DNA of 64,000 nt, taken from NCBI GenBank assembly GCA_964035545.1, contig OZ037772.1, positions 12,212,818 through 12,276,817 on the forward strand, given 5' to 3'. Numbering within the stretch: position 1 is the first letter of the stretch; every line of letters starts with the position of its first letter. Positions 50,767 to 64,000 of this stretch are shown piece after piece. The stretch comes from Bugula neritina. Lineage: Eukaryota; Animalia; Bryozoa. Position numbers and translations under genes: made by a program. Below the pieces are notes generated by a model, which was not told the DNA's origin, searched no databases, and worked only from the letters and a program-made list of their open reading frames with translations.

Positions 50767-50973
50767 CAATTTGTACTATAACATTTATTACAACACATAC
50801 GGTATAGTATTTATAAAATGATTGCACATTATCACTACGATTTCATTAACTATAAACTGGTGTTTGAAGGCAATATGCCTGGCATGGTTACAGCTGGCAA
50901 ATGAGCACCATTAGCCGTATTCACAGCATGTCCGTTTCACTACACGATCAAGTCAGCACGCTCTATTAAACAT

Positions 50974-59915
<8,942 letters not shown>

Positions 59916-59944
59916 TGTGTGTTTACACCATCATATCTCCCTAG

Positions 59945-60476
59945 CAGTAGAGGTGTGCAGCCAGTAGAGGTGTGCAGTCAGTAGAGATGTGCAGCCAGTA
60001 GAGATGTGCAGCCAGTAGAAGTGTGCAGCCAGTAGAAGTGTGCAGCCAGTAGAGGTGTGCAGTCAGTAGAGGTGTGCAGCCAGTAGAGGTGTGCAGCCAG
60101 TAGAGGTGTGCAGCCAGTAGAGATGTGCAGCTAGTAGAGGTGTGCAGCCAGTAGAGGTGTGCAGCCAGTAGAGGTGTGCAGCCAGTAGAGATGTGCAGCC
60201 AGTAGAAGTGTGCAGCCAGTAGAGATGTGCAGTCAGTAGAGGTGTGCAGTCAGTAGAGGTGTGCAGCCAGTAGAGGTGTGCAGCCAGTAGAGGTGTGCAG
60301 CCAGTAGAGGTGTGCAGCCAGTAGAGGTGTGCAGCCAGTAGAGATGTGCAGCCAGTAGAGATGTGCAGCCAGTAGAGATGTGCAGCCAGTAGAGGTGTGC
60401 AGCCAGTAGAGGTGTGCAGCCAGTAGAGGTGTGCAGTCAGTAGAGATGTGCAGCCAGTAGAAATGTGCAGCCAGTA
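59945..60476. repeat. 17-bp minisatellite CAGTAGAGGTGTGCAGC, about 31 copies
   Basis: Ends at the acceptor of the putative first coding exon of Vav-B. Confidence 0.95.
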
Positions 60477-63400
60477 AGAATAAAGGTTTAAGTTTCACAG
60501 GTCAAATTGAACAATAAGTACAGTAGAATTGTACTGGTAGGTTTAACAATCAAAGCTAACAAACTGATGGTTTCATTCATCTTTACATTGTTGTGAGGGT
60601 AAGCTTGTATTTGTTAGTCTTTGTAGAGTATAGTTGCTATAAAACTTGTCATTTAGTATTATAATATTACATAATATATTGTACATTCTGATGGTCTGGT
60701 GCTTTATAATGTTATACTTGTATACTAGTTTATATAACAATTTATTTTACTATTATTATTATATGTTGAGATAATATCATCCATTATCATGCTTTTTTAT
60801 ACTTTAAGATATTGAAAATTTAGTGTTTTCTTAAATTTGTTTCTTTTAGTTTTATTGTTGTATCATGATAATCGTTGTGAAACTGCAACTTTACAATGTG
60901 TTACATACATCATGTGTGAAGTACAAATATACTTGTTACTACAGCAGTTACATAGTTCATATTGTTTTACTGTTATACTCCTTAATGTATACTGCAAAAT
61001 AATAAATAAATTTGCTGTTATTTTACATAATAAATTACATATTGCAGTAGGTTACAGCATATAAAATATATATTTACAAAACTGTAGCAAAAAATTATAC
61101 TGCATTATAGCCAATACAGATTTAAATATAATATCATTTGTATAGTAAATCATTATAGTAGAAATTTAATCAAACATAATTGCTAAGTCAAATTTGACAA
61201 TATCTGGCATAAAATTGATCTCTAACAGATATCATGACTTTCAATTTCAAAGTAGTAACTGCAAGCTCTAGACTTCATTCTTATAGAGGTTCAAAGAGCA
61301 TCCATATAAATAGTTGTTTAGCTTATTATTTGCCCTCTTCCTTTTTTAAATGCAGTTTGATTATTTGCCTTGAAAGAAGTTGTATGAAAAGATTGCTTAA
61401 TGTTAAAAATTACTTATGTCATATTAATTACTATGAAAAAACTTACAGGCTCTCACACTTGAAATATCCAACAAATATTCAACTCCAACGCCAATATAAA
61501 ATATACATAGGTTTTAGGGGTTATCTCCCATGTTTATTTATTCCCCCATATATACTGCTTTCGAAAGTAACATGTAACTGATACTTGTAAAATAATAGCG
61601 GTAAACAATTTGATAAAATAATAAATTTAAGAAAAATAATTTTTTCCACATTAAAGTCAAATTGAAATTTTATAAAGGAAGTAACACCTTCAAAAATAAA
61701 AAAGATGAAATATAGATAATGTAGCTTCATTAACGTATGCAGTTTTGTTTTTGTGAAATTTATCATAATTATTTGGGCAGCTGCTCTAACTTGGGAGCGG
61801 CGCAACCTAACAAATTTAATTCGTGGGTAGGTGTATTAAAGTGTATAGAATCCCTGATTCATATATTGTAGACATCATCAAATACGTGCACCATTTCTGC
61901 TTCTTTTGCCTTTTGTAAGTAAAACTTCAGACATGAGCTCTATTTCAATTCCACTTTTGAGCAAGCAGAAATGATAAAAAATATTGCTTTGTTTCCATAT
62001 GAATATATAGAAAGAAGAAGTAGAAATCTGGACTGACTCATCATGGACCATCTACACACCAGTAGTAGACAGATAACTGGGACTAGACTAAATGATGTTG
62101 GGGAAACCATCTGATTGAGTTGATTAGACTTTACAACCTATTAACAAGTGCCAAAACGTAGTAAATAGATAACTAGAAGCTGATGATGCAAGATCCTAGA
62201 ATCACCTACAAATCTACACTCTTTCAAGGGTCATCAGATAATCCTGATGAATGATGGTCATACAATACAAAAACACCTCCTAATGCTTAGAACAACACAC
62301 TTGCCATAAAATTTATATATTATGTAATAATGTTATTTATGTCATTATAATTGCTAGCAACATGCAGTTACCACTACTTTTCAATATTTGAAAGCTTGAA
62401 CAACAATTTTAGGAGTTGTCTCTCATGTTTATCTTTTACTATCATGTATTGCTTTAGAGATTATAAAATATAATTTATGATTGAAAATAACATGTGCAAA
62501 CAATTTAATAAAAACAATTTGTTAAATGGGAGAAGGCTTTACGATTTAGAAAACTAGCAAAGACAATATAAAAATTAACACTTCTAAAACATGTGCACTT
62601 TTAGTATTAATAAATAGCAAAGCCACTCGCAGTTAAACTAGTTTAAAATGTCCTATACAATTAATACTTTTTCGAGAGCTGTTTGCTAATGCAGCTTGCA
62701 TCCCATCCAAATTGATCCAAATTGTACTAGTCAGGCTTTCATACAATAACTACTTCATTCACCAAGCTTTCTTCAATTTGGTTCAATACAGCATACGAGT
62801 GCTTGTTGCCAAATCTCTAATAGCTAGAATTAGTAACACTAGAAGTATGATTTGAACTAATATACATCTGAATATATACAATAGGTTTAGTTAGTTTTAT
62901 ACTGAAAGATCACAAAAGTAAAGCCTCATTTTTTATATCTTACTTTGCTCAGCTTATGTAAAAATATGACTTCAACCTAGGTCTGCTGTTGACTTTGTTT
63001 ATGCCAGCTCAGGTGTGTCACAACAAACCACCAAATATATTTTATTTCTATTCAATTTGCAGACCAGTTCGAATGCAAAATAAATTAAAATATAAATTAA
63101 GAAGACAAAGTTTTGAAAAGTAAAACAGTAAAATATCATTTTTTTTCTAAAATTACTCATATATAATTGCTATCGACTGGACAATTAGTAATTGATCTAT
63201 ATAATATATTTATGTAGAACAGGATCATAATAACAAACTGAAGAAGATATATATTCTACTATATTATATTATATAATATTGAATGATCATTTTTCACAAC
63301 TTTCCAGTATACTGCTATATGTGACTTTCAGCAATTTCTGTCTAGTTGGGTATAACCTTTCAGTACCAGAGGCTTTATAAACATTATTTAATCACTTTGC

Positions 63401-64000
63401 CTTTAATCAAATATTGTCATAATGCTATATTACTGTGAAATGATGTATTGATGTATAATAATGAGCGATACCATACCAACAATTTATAAATAATACAATA
63501 TACAAGATCCCACGTCTCCACTCAGCACAGTTCTACAGTGTAGAAAAGCAGTGGGAATATTTAAATTTAGGAGTTGTCCCTCATGTATAACTTTCGAATA
63601 GTATATTATATTGTTCTGGAAACAGAAGTATGTATAATAACAGAAAGTGGCGCTGTGTCATATTCTAGTTGATAAATCTGCTCGTTTAAACAAAAATTTT
63701 TGTTACAAAAAGTTAGTTAACCTTATTTAAAAGAAAACAACACTTGGGAAATTGTAAAAACAAATATTCTCAATATAATTTTAGATCATCATAATGTATT
63801 CAATTCACAAGATTCAAAGTAATAGTATCAATAAATATTTAATCCCAGCAGGGTATGTCATAAAACATTTCATAAGAACAGAAGCTGGTGGGTAAGAGAA
63901 AGTGCTGGGGGCTACATATCTCTTTCTTAATAACATATGGACACAAGTCTCACATAACAGGGAAAGTATACATTAATTCTCTTAATAATAAGCTAAGAAA

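Overview
AT-rich eukaryotic (invertebrate animal) genomic DNA with short introns full of minisatellites. I built three spliced genes by hand from GT-AG junctions and reading frame. (1) A canonical Vav-family Rho/Rac GEF on the minus strand (CH-acidic-DH-PH-C1-SH3-SH2; start 15780, runs off the window at position 1). (2) A 47-exon MEGF8 orthologue on the plus strand (17338-49885, about 2,720 aa), head-to-head with the Vav gene. (3) A second, remodelled Vav paralogue on the minus strand (about 59915-50974) that keeps DH-PH-C1-SH3. It has no visible CH/acidic autoinhibitory module and carries an unrelated 195-aa terminal exon in place of SH2-SH3. Mobile DNA includes a 5.3-kb TTAA-flanked Kolobok-like transposon with a decayed KolX (P2X7-ballast-like) gene in MEGF8 intron 4, several MITEs and two copies of a tRNA-derived SINE. 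The most unusual signals are the onco-Vav-like paralogue, a one-exon conversion-like tract between the paralogues, loss of one C1 zinc site, and repeated tandem duplication of splice sites, including 13 in-frame acceptors before a juxtamembrane MEGF8 exon. Most long ORFs in the supplied track are tandem-repeat artefacts. All family assignments are from remembered motifs, not database searches.
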